NCBI GenBank assembly: GCA_041697335.1
Contig: JBGUGD010000009.1
Location: forward strand, 1 to 64,000
DNA length: 64,000 nt
From: Vampirovibrionaceae bacterium NZW_1234
Lineage (GTDB): Bacteria; Cyanobacteriota; Vampirovibrionia; Vampirovibrionales; JAGQHJ01
Direction of reading: 5' to 3'
Both the position numbers and the translations under genes were made by a program. Shown here piece after piece: positions 28,392 to 38,975 of this stretch (its first letter is position 1; every line of letters begins with the position of its first letter). The notes below the pieces were generated by a model. That model made no database searches and was not told the origin of the DNA. It was given only the letters and a program-made list of their open reading frames with translations.

Positions 28392-29489
28392 ATGAGTGAC
28401 AAGACCATTGGCATTATTGTGGCTCGGATGACATCAACCCGTTTGCCCGGAAAATCTTTGGTTGGCATTCATGGGCGTCCCTTGCTCAGTTATCATGTAG
28501 AACGCTTAAAGGCGTGTAAAGGCTTTGATGAGCTATGGTTGGCGACCACTCGGGATGATGCCGATACTCCTCTGGCCCAGTGGGCAGAAGCCCAAGGAAT
28601 TCTTGTGTATCGCCATGCCGGGGATAGCAACGATGTTGTAGGGCGCCTGACGGCCACGGTAAGGCAAGCACAGGCCACTCAATTTGTCTTTGTCTTGGGA
28701 GATTCCCCGCTGGCCGATCCGTTTTTACTGGATCAGTATGTCGAGACATTGAACCGGCATCCAGATTGGGAATATGTTGTGCTGCTCGATGACGAACTGG
28801 CTGGAAAAGTGGAGGCTGCCTATTGTGGTACCGGATGCTATCGTACACAAGGCTGGTTAAAAGTTGATGCGGCCTCCAATACGCCCCATTATCGAGAACA
28901 CCTGGGGAGTGTCCTTCGGGAGAATCCATCACTGGTTACTATGGGCTCAATGCGTCTTCCGGATTTGTATTATGAAGGTCCCTACCGACTGAGCATTGAC
29001 ACTCAGGCCGATGTGGATTTCTTTAATGCGGTGTTCTCGGCATTAAAGAAACCCGATAGCATGGTGACCATGGCGGATGTGCTGACCTACCTGAGAGAAC
29101 ATCCTGAGGTTGTGGCGATTAACAAGCACGTTCGTCAAAAGCAGGTTCATGAAAAGACCAACACCTTTTTGTTCTGGGTGGATGCCGATGTTCCCGATTC
29201 GTGTGAACCCCGGATCCGGGAATTGGCCAAAATGCTGGAAGAGGTATTTTCTGTTGGCATTCAGTGGGTGCGTCCTTCTCAAATCCCGGTGAAAAAACAG
29301 GCGGTACTCCCGGTAAAACCGATCTCAAAATGCATTGTAATCTCAGCAGAGTCTCACATTCACCAGGACGTGCAACGCATTTTGTCAGAGGTACCTGAGA
29401 TTCCCCTTATCGGGATTAGGCCCGAAGCCATTCCGCAGGATGCACAGCGGCTCAAACAGATGGGATATGATCTACTCACAGCAACCTGA
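28392..29489 (+). CDS. SpsF-like nonulosonate cytidylyltransferase with C-terminal extension
   Basis: ARMTSTRLPGK, DVVGR, GDSPL, YREH, RLSIDT. Confidence 0.85.
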   Translation: MSDKTIGIIVARMTSTRLPGKSLVGIHGRPLLSYHVERLKACKGFDELWLATTRDDADTPLAQWAEAQGILVYRHAGDSNDVVGRLTATVRQAQATQFVFVLGDSPLADPFLLDQYVETLNRHPDWEYVVLLDDELAGKVEAAYCGTGCYRTQGWLKVDAASNTPHYREHLGSVLRENPSLVTMGSMRLPDLYYEGPYRLSIDTQADVDFFNAVFSALKKPDSMVTMADVLTYLREHPEVVAINKHVRQKQVHEKTNTFLFWVDADVPDSCEPRIRELAKMLEEVFSVGIQWVRPSQIPVKKQAVLPVKPISKCIVISAESHIHQDVQRILSEVPEIPLIGIRPEAIPQDAQRLKQMGYDLLTAT

Positions 29490-29631
29490 TATAGGCTGTT
29501 TCTTTCATTAACGGAAGATACACTGCTCAGCCGCTGCCAGTATGCTAGGATAGGGCATGTTATCGTGCGCCGATCGGACAATCACGGATCGGCTGAGAAT
29601 CGGATATCGAGAGCGAGGATTCTACAGGGCC

Positions 29632-30393
29632 ATGACTGCAACCTACGATTTACATGACCGTGTCGCATTTGTCACCGGCGGTAGCCGGGGCCTGGGGGCA
29701 GGTATTGTGCGCCGTCTGGCCGAATGCGGGATGAAAGTGGCGTTTTGTTATGTGAGCCAACCTGAGGCAGCGGCACAATTGGAAAAAGAACTCACGGATG
29801 CCGGTTTTACCGTGGGAGCCTACGAGTGTGATGTGAGAAACCGTTCTGCAGTGAAGCAGGTTATGGCTCAAGTGGCCGAGCGTTTTGGTGGGTTGGATGT
29901 CCTGGTCAACAATGCCGGTATCAATCGTCGCAAGACGTTTGAAGAGACCACCGATGACGATTGGGATGCGGTCATAGAAACCAACTTGAAGGCCCCTTTT
30001 ATTTGCTGCCAGGAAGCATTGCCTTACTTGAAAAAAAGCGAAGCCGGACGCATTATCAATATTTCGTCCGTCTCGGCTCAGATTGCCGGACCGAAAACAG
30101 CGCATTATGCCGTGGCAAAGAGTGGTTTGGATTGCTTGACCCACTTTTTGGGGCGTTACTGTGGGCCCATGAATATTACAGCCAACAGCGTTAACCCGAA
30201 TGTGGTTATTACCGATCTGGTTCGCGATTTGGAAACCAGTCCCGAAGGCAAGGCGTTTCTGGCTGAAACCCCTTTGGGGCGTTTCGGCACCGTTGAAGAT
30301 GTGGCCAACAGTGTGGCCTTTTTAGCCTCAGACGAGTCGTCCTACATTACCGGCCATCTCCTGCATGTCAATGGTGGCCGTTATCTAGGCTAG
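29632..30393 (+). CDS. Short-chain dehydrogenase, FabG-like
   Basis: TGGSRGLG, NNAG, YAVAK. Confidence 0.9.
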   Translation: MTATYDLHDRVAFVTGGSRGLGAGIVRRLAECGMKVAFCYVSQPEAAAQLEKELTDAGFTVGAYECDVRNRSAVKQVMAQVAERFGGLDVLVNNAGINRRKTFEETTDDDWDAVIETNLKAPFICCQEALPYLKKSEAGRIINISSVSAQIAGPKTAHYAVAKSGLDCLTHFLGRYCGPMNITANSVNPNVVITDLVRDLETSPEGKAFLAETPLGRFGTVEDVANSVAFLASDESSYITGHLLHVNGGRYLG

Positions 30394-30409
30394 CTTTCAG
30401 GAAGAAATA

Positions 30410-30904
30410 TTAAAACAGGCCACCGCGAGGGCCATTCCCTCTGCCGGAAAACAGCAGCAGGAAGATGAGTAATAACTTCTTCAAGTCAAAGGATTTCTTG
30501 GGCGCGGGTTCCGGGTTCGGGTCGGGCTCAGCAATGCCAAAGTCTTCGTTATCCACAAAACGCTTGGAATAGCGGCTGCCGGACCGTTCTGAAAACACTT
30601 GCAACTCTGAGGAAGGTGCATTGGGGATACTGGGACTGACAATGGTCAGCTTTCCATCACCGTCCTGATCTACTGTCCGATTACCGAAGTCCAGGGCGTT
30701 TGCAAAGTTGTTTAGCACAATGGCAAGGTTATCATCGTCCCGCGCACTGGCCATGGTTGCAGCTTGACGCAACTGAGCGGCAGTGACCTTAATGCCTCCG
30801 CCAACAGTAGGCGGGGTGTCTCCAAAGATTTGTAGAACCTGGTCTTTGATTTGATCAACGGTGACTCGTGTAAATCCCCGATACTGGGGGACTGCCATAA
30901 CCAT
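30410..30904 (-). CDS. Hypothetical protein with EF-hand-like loop and hydrophobic C-terminal helix
   Basis: DQDGDGKL, Pro linker, KKLLLIFLLLF. SD GGAGAAGG. Confidence 0.65.
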   Translation of the reverse strand: MVMAVPQYRGFTRVTVDQIKDQVLQIFGDTPPTVGGGIKVTAAQLRQAATMASARDDDNLAIVLNNFANALDFGNRTVDQDGDGKLTIVSPSIPNAPSSELQVFSERSGSRYSKRFVDNEDFGIAEPDPNPEPAPKKSFDLKKLLLIFLLLFSGRGNGPRGGLF

Positions 30905-31497
30905 ACTTCCTTCTCCGCAGCTTTAATTCATAAATAAATAAAAACACCATTGGTCTAGAAATTACCTCGCTCTCTAACATGATGTTGCCAAACGTTTAGG
31001 TGGGTTCTTCAGGGATATCATAAACGAGGGGATTATTAACGATGTCTTAATTCACGTTACAAATCTTCAACAAGAATTCCAATTCAAAAATCCATTGTTT
31101 TTATACAGACATAATTCTTGTGGGCACATTGGCTAAGTACGGATAAAAGAAGGTAGACAGCTATGATTGTTGAAAATTTGCCTGTCGCAGAAACATACTG
31201 CGACAAGACGGATGTATTGCGGAACGAAATGCATTATTTGGCAGAGAGAAATGCTTTTTGTATTTCGTTTTCCAGCAAAGCTTTGTCGAATTTTATAACA
31301 ACCCTAAAAACGAATAAGGCCTTATACAAGTAAGCCCTTATCCAGACATTGGTGTGTATACTTTACCTCCCGATAAAACTGCGGCGTGGCAGTTTTATAC
31401 GGCGGCTGTAGACCATGTTCCAAGAAGAACAGGTTCTGAACAGCCTCCTTTTCCACGCTCTTACCTCACTCATCAATAAAACAAAAAGGAGATAACT

Positions 31498-31920
31498 ATG
31501 GCTACAACATTACCTCCTACTACATCCGACCGAGTTAGCAATGCTCCTGGCTTAGGGCCAAAGCCTCCAACTACTCCCACGTTGGTAGAAGGCAATAATA
31601 TAAAGGACCTACAGCCTGGGAAACGCTATACCGTAGAACGGCAAAAGGATGGCCAGCCAATTAATGGTCCTATTCGTGCTGAAGTAAGTTTCCCAGCCGA
31701 CGCCAAAGACACCACAATGGTGCCGGACCCCTCCAATCCCGGCTATTTCAAGATTACCTGGCCTGGCGGTAAAAGCTCGAGCTACGGCATCAAAGATCCT
31801 CAGAATGGGGATACCATTACAATCCGGCGCGGCAATTCCACCAGCGATTACATTTGGAACGATAAACCGCTGGATGGCGGTAAACCCAAATTTGTGCCGA
31901 GAGAGGCCCGCGGTCTTTAA
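31498..31920 (+). CDS. Hypothetical protein with Pro-rich N-terminus
   Basis: Strong SD AAGGAG and a downstream terminator. Confidence 0.7.
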   Translation: MATTLPPTTSDRVSNAPGLGPKPPTTPTLVEGNNIKDLQPGKRYTVERQKDGQPINGPIRAEVSFPADAKDTTMVPDPSNPGYFKITWPGGKSSSYGIKDPQNGDTITIRRGNSTSDYIWNDKPLDGGKPKFVPREARGL

Positions 31921-31954
31921 TTCTTTCCCTGCTCCTCGCCGCTCTCCCTAAATC

Positions 31955-31996
31955 GATCTCGCCTCATTCCGCAACAATGAGGCGAGATCTCTCTTT
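31955..31996 (+). terminator. Rho-independent terminator
   Basis: GATCTCGCCTCATT...AATGAGGCGAGATC, 14-bp stem followed by a pyrimidine tail. Confidence 0.75.
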
Positions 31997-32192
31997 ATAG
32001 GTTATGCATAAATTGCATCTTAAAAAGCTCTGTGCTTGATATCACGTTCTGATTCTTCGCATTAAACGTAAAATAGAAGAGGAGGGCTAGAAGAGCGTGT
32101 CTGGCTGTAACAGTTTGTAACGGGCATTGAAGAAATAAAGCCGATTGACGATACGGCCTTGATAGGGCGGTGAACTGGCGAAAGGGAGAAAC

Positions 32193-33665
32193 ATGATGCG
32201 GATCAATCTTTTTCAACGAATTCTGGCGAGCTGTATGGTTGTGTCCCTCTATGCAGGATTCATGGTGAGCCTGATCCAGACTGCGCCTGTGGAGGCAAAG
32301 GGAAAAATGGCGCCTCATGCCCCAGGCGAGGTTATTGTGACCTTCCGGAATAAAACGACGGATGAAGACAAGGCCCGTTTTTACGAGTCCATTAAGGCAA
32401 CTCCCAAGGAAAGTCTGGACTTTATCAAGGCCGATGTCGTCAAAGTCAACGACGAACGGTCGCTGGATTCCTGGATCAAAATTATCAAGAGCAATCCAAC
32501 GGTCAAATATGCCGAACCGAATTTCGAACTGTCAATTATTGGGAGTAAGCCTAAGAATATCGGTACTCCGCCAGGGAGCGGGTTGGACGGCAAAGTGCCC
32601 CAACCCAAGACAACGTCGACAGCCTCGTCAACACCCTCCATTCGATCGGCCCCGGCACCGAGAGACCCGTTATTTGCCCAGCAATGGGGGTTAAATAATA
32701 CAGGGCAGAATCGGGGCAAAGCGGGTGCGGACATTCAATTCCTGAAGGCCTTGTCTCAATATACGGGGCGCACCAATGTCATTGTGGCGGTTATCGATAC
32801 CGGTGTGGCTTATGAACACCCGGATTTGGCAGCCAGCGTCTACGTCAATCCCGGGGAAGACCTGAACAAGGATGGCCGTTGGACCAAACAGGACCAGAAT
32901 CGGGTGGATAATGACAAACCTGCAAACAGGTTTATTGATGATGGTGTGGGTTGGAACTTTGTCTCCAACAATGCGAATGCCGGGGATGACAATGGCCATG
33001 GGACTCATGTTGCAGGCATCATAGCCGCCAGCACCGGAAATAATTTAGGGGTTAGTGGTGTCCTGGGAAATGGTCGGGTCAAGATCATGCCTCTCAAGTT
33101 TCTCAGCGCCAAGGGCAGTGGTTATGTGTCGGATGCTGTCAAGGCAATCGATTATTCCGTTCAAAAAGGGGCTCGTATCTCCAACAACAGTTGGGGTGGA
33201 TCGGGTTACAGCCAGGCGCTGTATGATGCCATTCAACGGGCAGGCCAGGCGGGGCAATTGTTTATTGCAGCGGCGGGAAATTCCAGCACCAATATTGATA
33301 CGGCTCCAAGTTATCCGGGGGCCTTCAACTTACCCAACATCATTACCGTGGCGTCGACCGATGCTACCGATAACCTGTCCTCTTTTTCCAACTTCGGTGC
33401 CATTCGAACCCATATTGCGGCTCCCGGGAGTGGAATCGTCAGTACTTATACTAGTAATCGTTACGCCACCATGAGTGGAACATCTATGGCAACGCCCTTT
33501 GTTGCAGGTGTGGCGGCCATGATCTGGTCTCAAAGCCCCAGTCTTTCGGCTCAACAGGTCAGAAGCAATATCCTGTCTACGGCTCGAGCAGTAGATTCTC
33601 TGAATGGAAAAGTTGCCAACAGTGGAGTACTCAACGCTTCGGAAGCCCTAAGGGCAAGCAAATAA
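32193..33665 (+). CDS. S8 subtilisin-like serine protease with signal peptide and propeptide
   Basis: VAVIDTG, HGTHVAG, SGTSMATP. Confidence 0.95.
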   Translation: MMRINLFQRILASCMVVSLYAGFMVSLIQTAPVEAKGKMAPHAPGEVIVTFRNKTTDEDKARFYESIKATPKESLDFIKADVVKVNDERSLDSWIKIIKSNPTVKYAEPNFELSIIGSKPKNIGTPPGSGLDGKVPQPKTTSTASSTPSIRSAPAPRDPLFAQQWGLNNTGQNRGKAGADIQFLKALSQYTGRTNVIVAVIDTGVAYEHPDLAASVYVNPGEDLNKDGRWTKQDQNRVDNDKPANRFIDDGVGWNFVSNNANAGDDNGHGTHVAGIIAASTGNNLGVSGVLGNGRVKIMPLKFLSAKGSGYVSDAVKAIDYSVQKGARISNNSWGGSGYSQALYDAIQRAGQAGQLFIAAAGNSSTNIDTAPSYPGAFNLPNIITVASTDATDNLSSFSNFGAIRTHIAAPGSGIVSTYTSNRYATMSGTSMATPFVAGVAAMIWSQSPSLSAQQVRSNILSTARAVDSLNGKVANSGVLNASEALRASK

Positions 33666-33666
33666 T

Positions 33667-34407
33667 TCAGCCGCTATTTGAGTCCAGAGAAGGTCCTGGG
33701 GCTTTCACCGCCTCAAGAATCTTATTGGCATAAAACTGGCACAATTCCAGGGTCGCATGGGCCAACAGGGTTGTCGGTAACAATTCTGACTTCCAGGGCT
33801 GATACCCGCAATGTTTGTACATCAGAATCAGCGGGGTTTCCGGATAGTCGTCACAGATTTGAGGGCGCCGGGGATCGCCATAGAGACCGCATTGATTATT
33901 TTCGGTGAGATGAGGGCAGTGATAAAAGTACACTTCCCCATCGGTTTGTTCCAGAATCTCGGAAACCAGACTGGGAAATTTCGCACGGGCAGCCTCTGGA
34001 GACTCATAGGGCAGAAACACACTGGTGAATTGGCGGGCAAAATAGTCGCCCTGTTCGGCTTTGGCTTTCAGGGTTGCCATATCGAATTCCGAACTTGCCA
34101 GGTTGCAACAGACACCACACTGGTGGCATTGTCCAACCTCTTCTCGCTGCGCCTTGATATGCTCCAGGCTGTCGCAAATTTGTTTTCCGATGGTTTGTTC
34201 CAGGGTCAAAATGGCATCTTCCTGCCACCGACGATAACCACATCCGGCATGTAAAATTTCATCAATAGTGGTGGGTTCTGTTAAACATTCGGTACAATGG
34301 TATTGCAACCGTAATTGCGAGAAGAGATCCAAAAGTTTGCGATGGGCAAGCGGAAACAATTCCCGATACTGTTGTTTAATGGTAGATATGTCGTGAGTTA
34401 ATCCCAT
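33667..34407 (-). CDS. YkgJ/CxxCxxCC cysteine-cluster protein
   Basis: CHQCGVCC, CPHL...C.LY...RPQICDDYP. Confidence 0.85.
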   Translation of the reverse strand: MGLTHDISTIKQQYRELFPLAHRKLLDLFSQLRLQYHCTECLTEPTTIDEILHAGCGYRRWQEDAILTLEQTIGKQICDSLEHIKAQREEVGQCHQCGVCCNLASSEFDMATLKAKAEQGDYFARQFTSVFLPYESPEAARAKFPSLVSEILEQTDGEVYFYHCPHLTENNQCGLYGDPRRPQICDDYPETPLILMYKHCGYQPWKSELLPTTLLAHATLELCQFYANKILEAVKAPGPSLDSNSG

Positions 34408-34450
34408 ACGAGTATTGTAAATGGTAATTCGTCGTTCTGAAATCAATTCC

Positions 34451-35506
34451 ATGCATTACACGCCGGAGGCAACCCTGAATCCGCTCTGGAGATGGGCTGA
34501 GTTGGGCTACACTCTCGCTGTGAACGCTCGTTTGTGGTGTTATCGCCAGCGCATTCTTCTGCCCTCGCGATTGCCGGCCCCGGTGATCAGCATCGGGAAT
34601 TTGACCACGGGTGGAACGGGAAAAACCCCCATGACGATTTCCCTGGGCAATTATTTGGAATCCAAGGGCCTGAAAGTGGCAGTGCTGTCCCGAGGCTATG
34701 GCCGTAAAGATCCGACGGTCTTTCATGAAGCCAATAGCCCGCAATATGGTGACGAGCCTTTCCTGATGCATCAGCGTCTGGAAAAAAGTAAGGTCTATGT
34801 TGGACGAGATCGGGTGTTTGTGGGGCAGGAAGCGTTTGAGCTTTATCGGCCCGATGTGTTTATCCTGGATGATGGGTTTCAGCACATGCGTTTATTCCGG
34901 GATCTCAATATTGTCCTCGTGGATGGTGAGCGCGGGTTTGGCAATAGCCATCTTCTTCCTGCCGGGCCACTGAGAGAGCCATTGGAACAACTGAAGCGAG
35001 CCGACTGGGTTCTGTTGACCAAGCAGATAAATCCGGAGAAACGGGAAGAGATTGTGCGTCTTTTGTCTACGGTACCCCAAGGCGAGCGAATCCGCTTGGG
35101 AGAATGCCCTTTTGAGCCAATCGGCTTATGGCACCCGGATTCCAGAACTTTGAAATCTTTGGATGCTCTTCGTGGGAAGGCAACGTATCTAATATCGGCG
35201 ATTGCGCAGCCCAAAGCTTTTGAAAATCTGGTTGAGGAACGCTTGGGACTGGAGTTGATGCAACATTTTGTATTCGACGATCATTTTGACTATACCCGGG
35301 AGAGTCTCACGACCTTGATCACCCGCTTGTCAAATCAACCCAAGAGTGTTGTGGTGACCACTGAAAAGGACTGGATTAAGATCCAATACGTTTTGCCCAC
35401 CGATTTCCATAATCGTATTTATTTACTCCGCTTTGAGCCGGTGTTTGATTGGGAGCCGGTGGTGCGGGATTGTCTGGCCCCAGTTTTAGCCCGGTATGTC
35501 TCCTGA
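34451..35506 (+). CDS. lpxK: Tetraacyldisaccharide 4'-kinase
   Basis: GNLTTGGTGKTP, SRGYG, GDEP, LDDGFQH, LPAGPLRE, TTEKD. Confidence 0.96.
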   Translation: MHYTPEATLNPLWRWAELGYTLAVNARLWCYRQRILLPSRLPAPVISIGNLTTGGTGKTPMTISLGNYLESKGLKVAVLSRGYGRKDPTVFHEANSPQYGDEPFLMHQRLEKSKVYVGRDRVFVGQEAFELYRPDVFILDDGFQHMRLFRDLNIVLVDGERGFGNSHLLPAGPLREPLEQLKRADWVLLTKQINPEKREEIVRLLSTVPQGERIRLGECPFEPIGLWHPDSRTLKSLDALRGKATYLISAIAQPKAFENLVEERLGLELMQHFVFDDHFDYTRESLTTLITRLSNQPKSVVVTTEKDWIKIQYVLPTDFHNRIYLLRFEPVFDWEPVVRDCLAPVLARYVS

Positions 35507-36530
35507 AAACGCGTCATTAGGTTCCAAAATCGTCGTGCTTCGGTATCGCTTCATTGGAGATACACTTCTGACGGTGCCTTTCTTGCGCGAACTGCGTCAC
35601 CAGAATCCTGAATCCGAAATCCACTGGTTGGTAGGGCAAGATGCCTATGACCTGGCGGTCGGCTGCCCTTATGTGGATAAAGTTATGGCGTTTGAGCCGC
35701 GTCGGCTTGGCTTTTGGAAAGCAGTACAACACTTAAAAGCGGAGTCCTATACAACCGCCTATGTTTTGAAACGCTCCTTTTCCAGTGCGCTGATGACGCT
35801 TTTGGCAGGTATTCCCAGCCGAATTGGATTTAATACCGATCATCGGGGCTTTTTATTGACGCAACGTGTGCCCTATCGTTATCAGGAAGCCCACGAAGCC
35901 CAGTGCCTTCTGGATCATCTTCCACTGTCAAACGAGACGAATTCGGAAGACCGTCGTCTTTGTCTGGAAACCTGGATCCCGGAGGTGAATGCCAAACGAG
36001 CCCAGAAAATGCTGGCGCCCTTTCAAGGCCCTCGCGTGGTGCTGCATGCCACCAGTACCAATCCGGCCAAGACATGGCCCATGCGTCATTTCCAGGCCCT
36101 GGCGACGGCGCTGGTGCTAGAGCATCAGGCAACCGTCTTCTTTCTGGGAACCCCACAGGACAAGTTATATTATGAAACCCTGTGTCTGGAACTGCCGGAT
36201 GAGGTGCAAGGGCGTTGTGTAAACTGGTGTGGGGAGACCACCTTGTTGGACAGTATGGCCTTACTTACCGGCATGTCCCTGGTTGTGGCCAATGATTCCG
36301 GGATGGTGCATATGGCTGCTGCCACCAATGTCCCGCTTGTGGCGCTATTTGGTCCGATGGACCCGCAGCAGTGGCGGCCCTTAAGCACAAACGCCACAGT
36401 GCTCACACATCCGGATTTGACGTGCCGTCCCTGTCGAATGAAAATAACCTGTAGTCATCAATATCCGTGTTTGACCGAACTCACCCCGGAAAGAGTGCTA
36501 CAGGCATGCAAAGCGTATTTGACATCCTAG
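35496..36530 (+). CDS. waaF: LPS heptosyltransferase (GT9, WaaF-like)
   Basis: IGDTLL, AKTWP, NDSGMVHMAAA, ALFGP, C-terminal Cys cluster. Confidence 0.8.
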   Translation: MSPENASLGSKIVVLRYRFIGDTLLTVPFLRELRHQNPESEIHWLVGQDAYDLAVGCPYVDKVMAFEPRRLGFWKAVQHLKAESYTTAYVLKRSFSSALMTLLAGIPSRIGFNTDHRGFLLTQRVPYRYQEAHEAQCLLDHLPLSNETNSEDRRLCLETWIPEVNAKRAQKMLAPFQGPRVVLHATSTNPAKTWPMRHFQALATALVLEHQATVFFLGTPQDKLYYETLCLELPDEVQGRCVNWCGETTLLDSMALLTGMSLVVANDSGMVHMAAATNVPLVALFGPMDPQQWRPLSTNATVLTHPDLTCRPCRMKITCSHQYPCLTELTPERVLQACKAYLTS

Positions 36531-38905
36531 AATGGCCCCAAGTGCTGGCACACTTGGAAAGTTGCTGTCAAACCGGTTATGGACGCTCAGCCATTTCCCA
36601 AGAGGGGTTGTTCCTGCCGGAAGTGAACGCGGTAACCCGGGAAATGAATCGGGTCGATGAAGCGAAGCGCTTGCTCATGGCTCAAGGCGACATTTCCTTG
36701 TCCGAACCTCCCGATGTGTTGCCATTGATACGGAGGCTGATGAAGCAAGGACAGGCCCAGTCATCCTCAGAGTTAGGGGCCTTGTTGATGACCCTCACGA
36801 CATTGCGCCAACTGGTTCGCTTCTTTATCCAAAACCGTTCTCGGGAAGTGACACCTACCCTGTTGTCTGAACTGGAAGAGATAACGCTCCCCAATGCGGT
36901 CATTGAGCGTTTGGAGACGGTGGTCAATGCCCAGGGTGAACTGTTGGATTCTGCCAGCCCTGAATACGCACGCCTAAAGCATCGCATTCAGGAGACCAGG
37001 TCCGGGATCCGCAGCTATCTGCAACAGCTGATTCACCGGCATTCTTTTGCCAAGTATCTTCAGGAAGCCATTGTCACCGAACGCGAGGGCCGTTCGGTTT
37101 TACCGGTCAAGGTGGAGCATAAGCCCGATGTCCCCGGGATTGTCCATGGGGCATCCTCGACCGGGGTGACTTTGTATATTGAACCCAAAGGGGTCATCGA
37201 ACAGAATAATCGTTTGATTGCGCTTCGGGGCGACATGGAACGCGAGATTCGCCGTATTCTGGAGCAGACATCGCTTTGGCTCCAAGAGGAGGCCCAAGCC
37301 CTGGAGCGCTTTATTGAGCAGGCAGGTGCCTTGGATTTGCTGTTAGCCAAGGCGCGTCAGAGCCTGTTGTTGAAAGCCAATCCGCTTCAAGTCTTGGATA
37401 CGCCCGGTGTCATCGAGCTGAAACAGGCCAAACATCCTTTGCTGATGCTGCAAACCGAGAGTGTCATCGCCAATGACATTATTATGAGACCGCCGCATCA
37501 GATCATGCTGATTACCGGGCCCAACACGGGGGGTAAAACCGTATTACTCAAACTTCTGGGCCTTTTTTCCTTGATGCTTCGGGCCGGTCTACACGTACCG
37601 GTGGCTGAAGGCTCCGCAATGGCCTTATTTGACCCGGTGATGGCAGATATTGGGGACCCCCAGAGCATTACCCAAAGTCTGTCCACATTTTCGGGGCATA
37701 TTGCTCGTCTACGTTCGTTTCTGGAGCCACCGGATCTGTCCCGGGCCCTGATCCTTGTCGATGAGATCTGTGCCGGTACGGACCCGCAGGAGGGTTCTGC
37801 CTTGGCCCAGGCGCTTTTGGAGACGTTTTACGAACGCGGTGCCACGGCCATTGTGACAACCCACATTGGCGAACTCAAGGTGGCCGCTCACCAGCACGAA
37901 GGGTACTTGAACGCGAGTGTCGAGTTTGATGCCGAATCTCTGAGACCCACCTATCGTTTGCTGTTGGGTGTGCCGGGCAGCAGTAATGCCTTATACATTG
38001 CCGAGCGTCTGGGGCTTCCTCCCGATCTGATTAGCCTGGCCCGGTCTCGACTGACCAAGCCGGTGTCCGAGTCGGCCAATTTGATTGAATCGCTGGAACT
38101 GAAAAATCGCCAGCTCAGCCAGGAACTGGCCGAAGCCACCCGCTTGCGGCAAGAGCTGCAATGGGAGGAAGAGCAGGTCCGTAACACGCTAAATCGAATC
38201 GAAGGCGAGAAGAAAAAGACCCTGCAACTGTATCGGGAAGGCTTGAAAGATAAACTCCGGGGCATTGAGCAGGATGTGGATGCGTTGAAAGACGAGGTCC
38301 GTCGTCCGAAGCGATTGGATCGAAAATCGGTGCAGCAGCTCAGTGGCAAATTCCGCCATGCCCAGCGTCAAACAGGGGAGCTGTTTGGAGAAGAGGCCCG
38401 CAAGCTGTACCCCAACCCGGGCATTGATTGGGATAGTCTCAAAGTGGGAGATACCGTGTCCTCGCATTCTCTGAACCTCACAGGAACCATTGTGGAAAAG
38501 AACGAGGCCAAGAAGGAATTGACCTTGCAATCGGGTATTTTAAAAACCACCGTGCCCTTTAGCGATATCATTCAACAAGTCAAACAGCCCTCCAATACCA
38601 AGAAGTCAAAACATCGTTCGTCGGAGAAGGGTAGTGGTCGGGTTCATTTGCAGCCTCGCCAGGGACTGCCACTGGAATGCGATGTCCGCGGCATGACGAG
38701 TGAGGACGCTCTGGGGATTCTCGACAAATTCCTCGATGATGCCTTGGTGACCGGGGTTTCCACCATTAATATTATTCATGGCATGGGGACCGGGGTCTTG
38801 AAAAAAGCGGTTCGCCAGTACTTGAAAGAAATTCCTTTTGTTAAAGCCTTTGGCCCCGCCCCGGCCATGGAAGGCGGCGACGGAAAAACCATTGTTGAAC
38901 TCTAG
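36506..38905 (+). CDS. mutS2: Endonuclease MutS2
   Basis: ITGPNTGGKT, QSLSTFSGH, DEICAGTDP, TTH, C-terminal Smr domain (IIHGMGTG...GGDG). Confidence 0.95.
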   Translation: MQSVFDILEWPQVLAHLESCCQTGYGRSAISQEGLFLPEVNAVTREMNRVDEAKRLLMAQGDISLSEPPDVLPLIRRLMKQGQAQSSSELGALLMTLTTLRQLVRFFIQNRSREVTPTLLSELEEITLPNAVIERLETVVNAQGELLDSASPEYARLKHRIQETRSGIRSYLQQLIHRHSFAKYLQEAIVTEREGRSVLPVKVEHKPDVPGIVHGASSTGVTLYIEPKGVIEQNNRLIALRGDMEREIRRILEQTSLWLQEEAQALERFIEQAGALDLLLAKARQSLLLKANPLQVLDTPGVIELKQAKHPLLMLQTESVIANDIIMRPPHQIMLITGPNTGGKTVLLKLLGLFSLMLRAGLHVPVAEGSAMALFDPVMADIGDPQSITQSLSTFSGHIARLRSFLEPPDLSRALILVDEICAGTDPQEGSALAQALLETFYERGATAIVTTHIGELKVAAHQHEGYLNASVEFDAESLRPTYRLLLGVPGSSNALYIAERLGLPPDLISLARSRLTKPVSESANLIESLELKNRQLSQELAEATRLRQELQWEEEQVRNTLNRIEGEKKKTLQLYREGLKDKLRGIEQDVDALKDEVRRPKRLDRKSVQQLSGKFRHAQRQTGELFGEEARKLYPNPGIDWDSLKVGDTVSSHSLNLTGTIVEKNEAKKELTLQSGILKTTVPFSDIIQQVKQPSNTKKSKHRSSEKGSGRVHLQPRQGLPLECDVRGMTSEDALGILDKFLDDALVTGVSTINIIHGMGTGVLKKAVRQYLKEIPFVKAFGPAPAMEGGDGKTIVEL

Positions 38906-38921
38906 CTCAGATCGGATGTCT

Positions 38922-38946
38922 CCGTACGCGCAATTTGCGCGTACGG
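38922..38946. terminator. Perfect palindrome between convergent genes
   Basis: CCGTACGCGCAA-t-TTGCGCGTACGG. Confidence 0.55.
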
Positions 38947-38975
38947 CGAAGACTGTATCCAGGCATGAATCAGGG

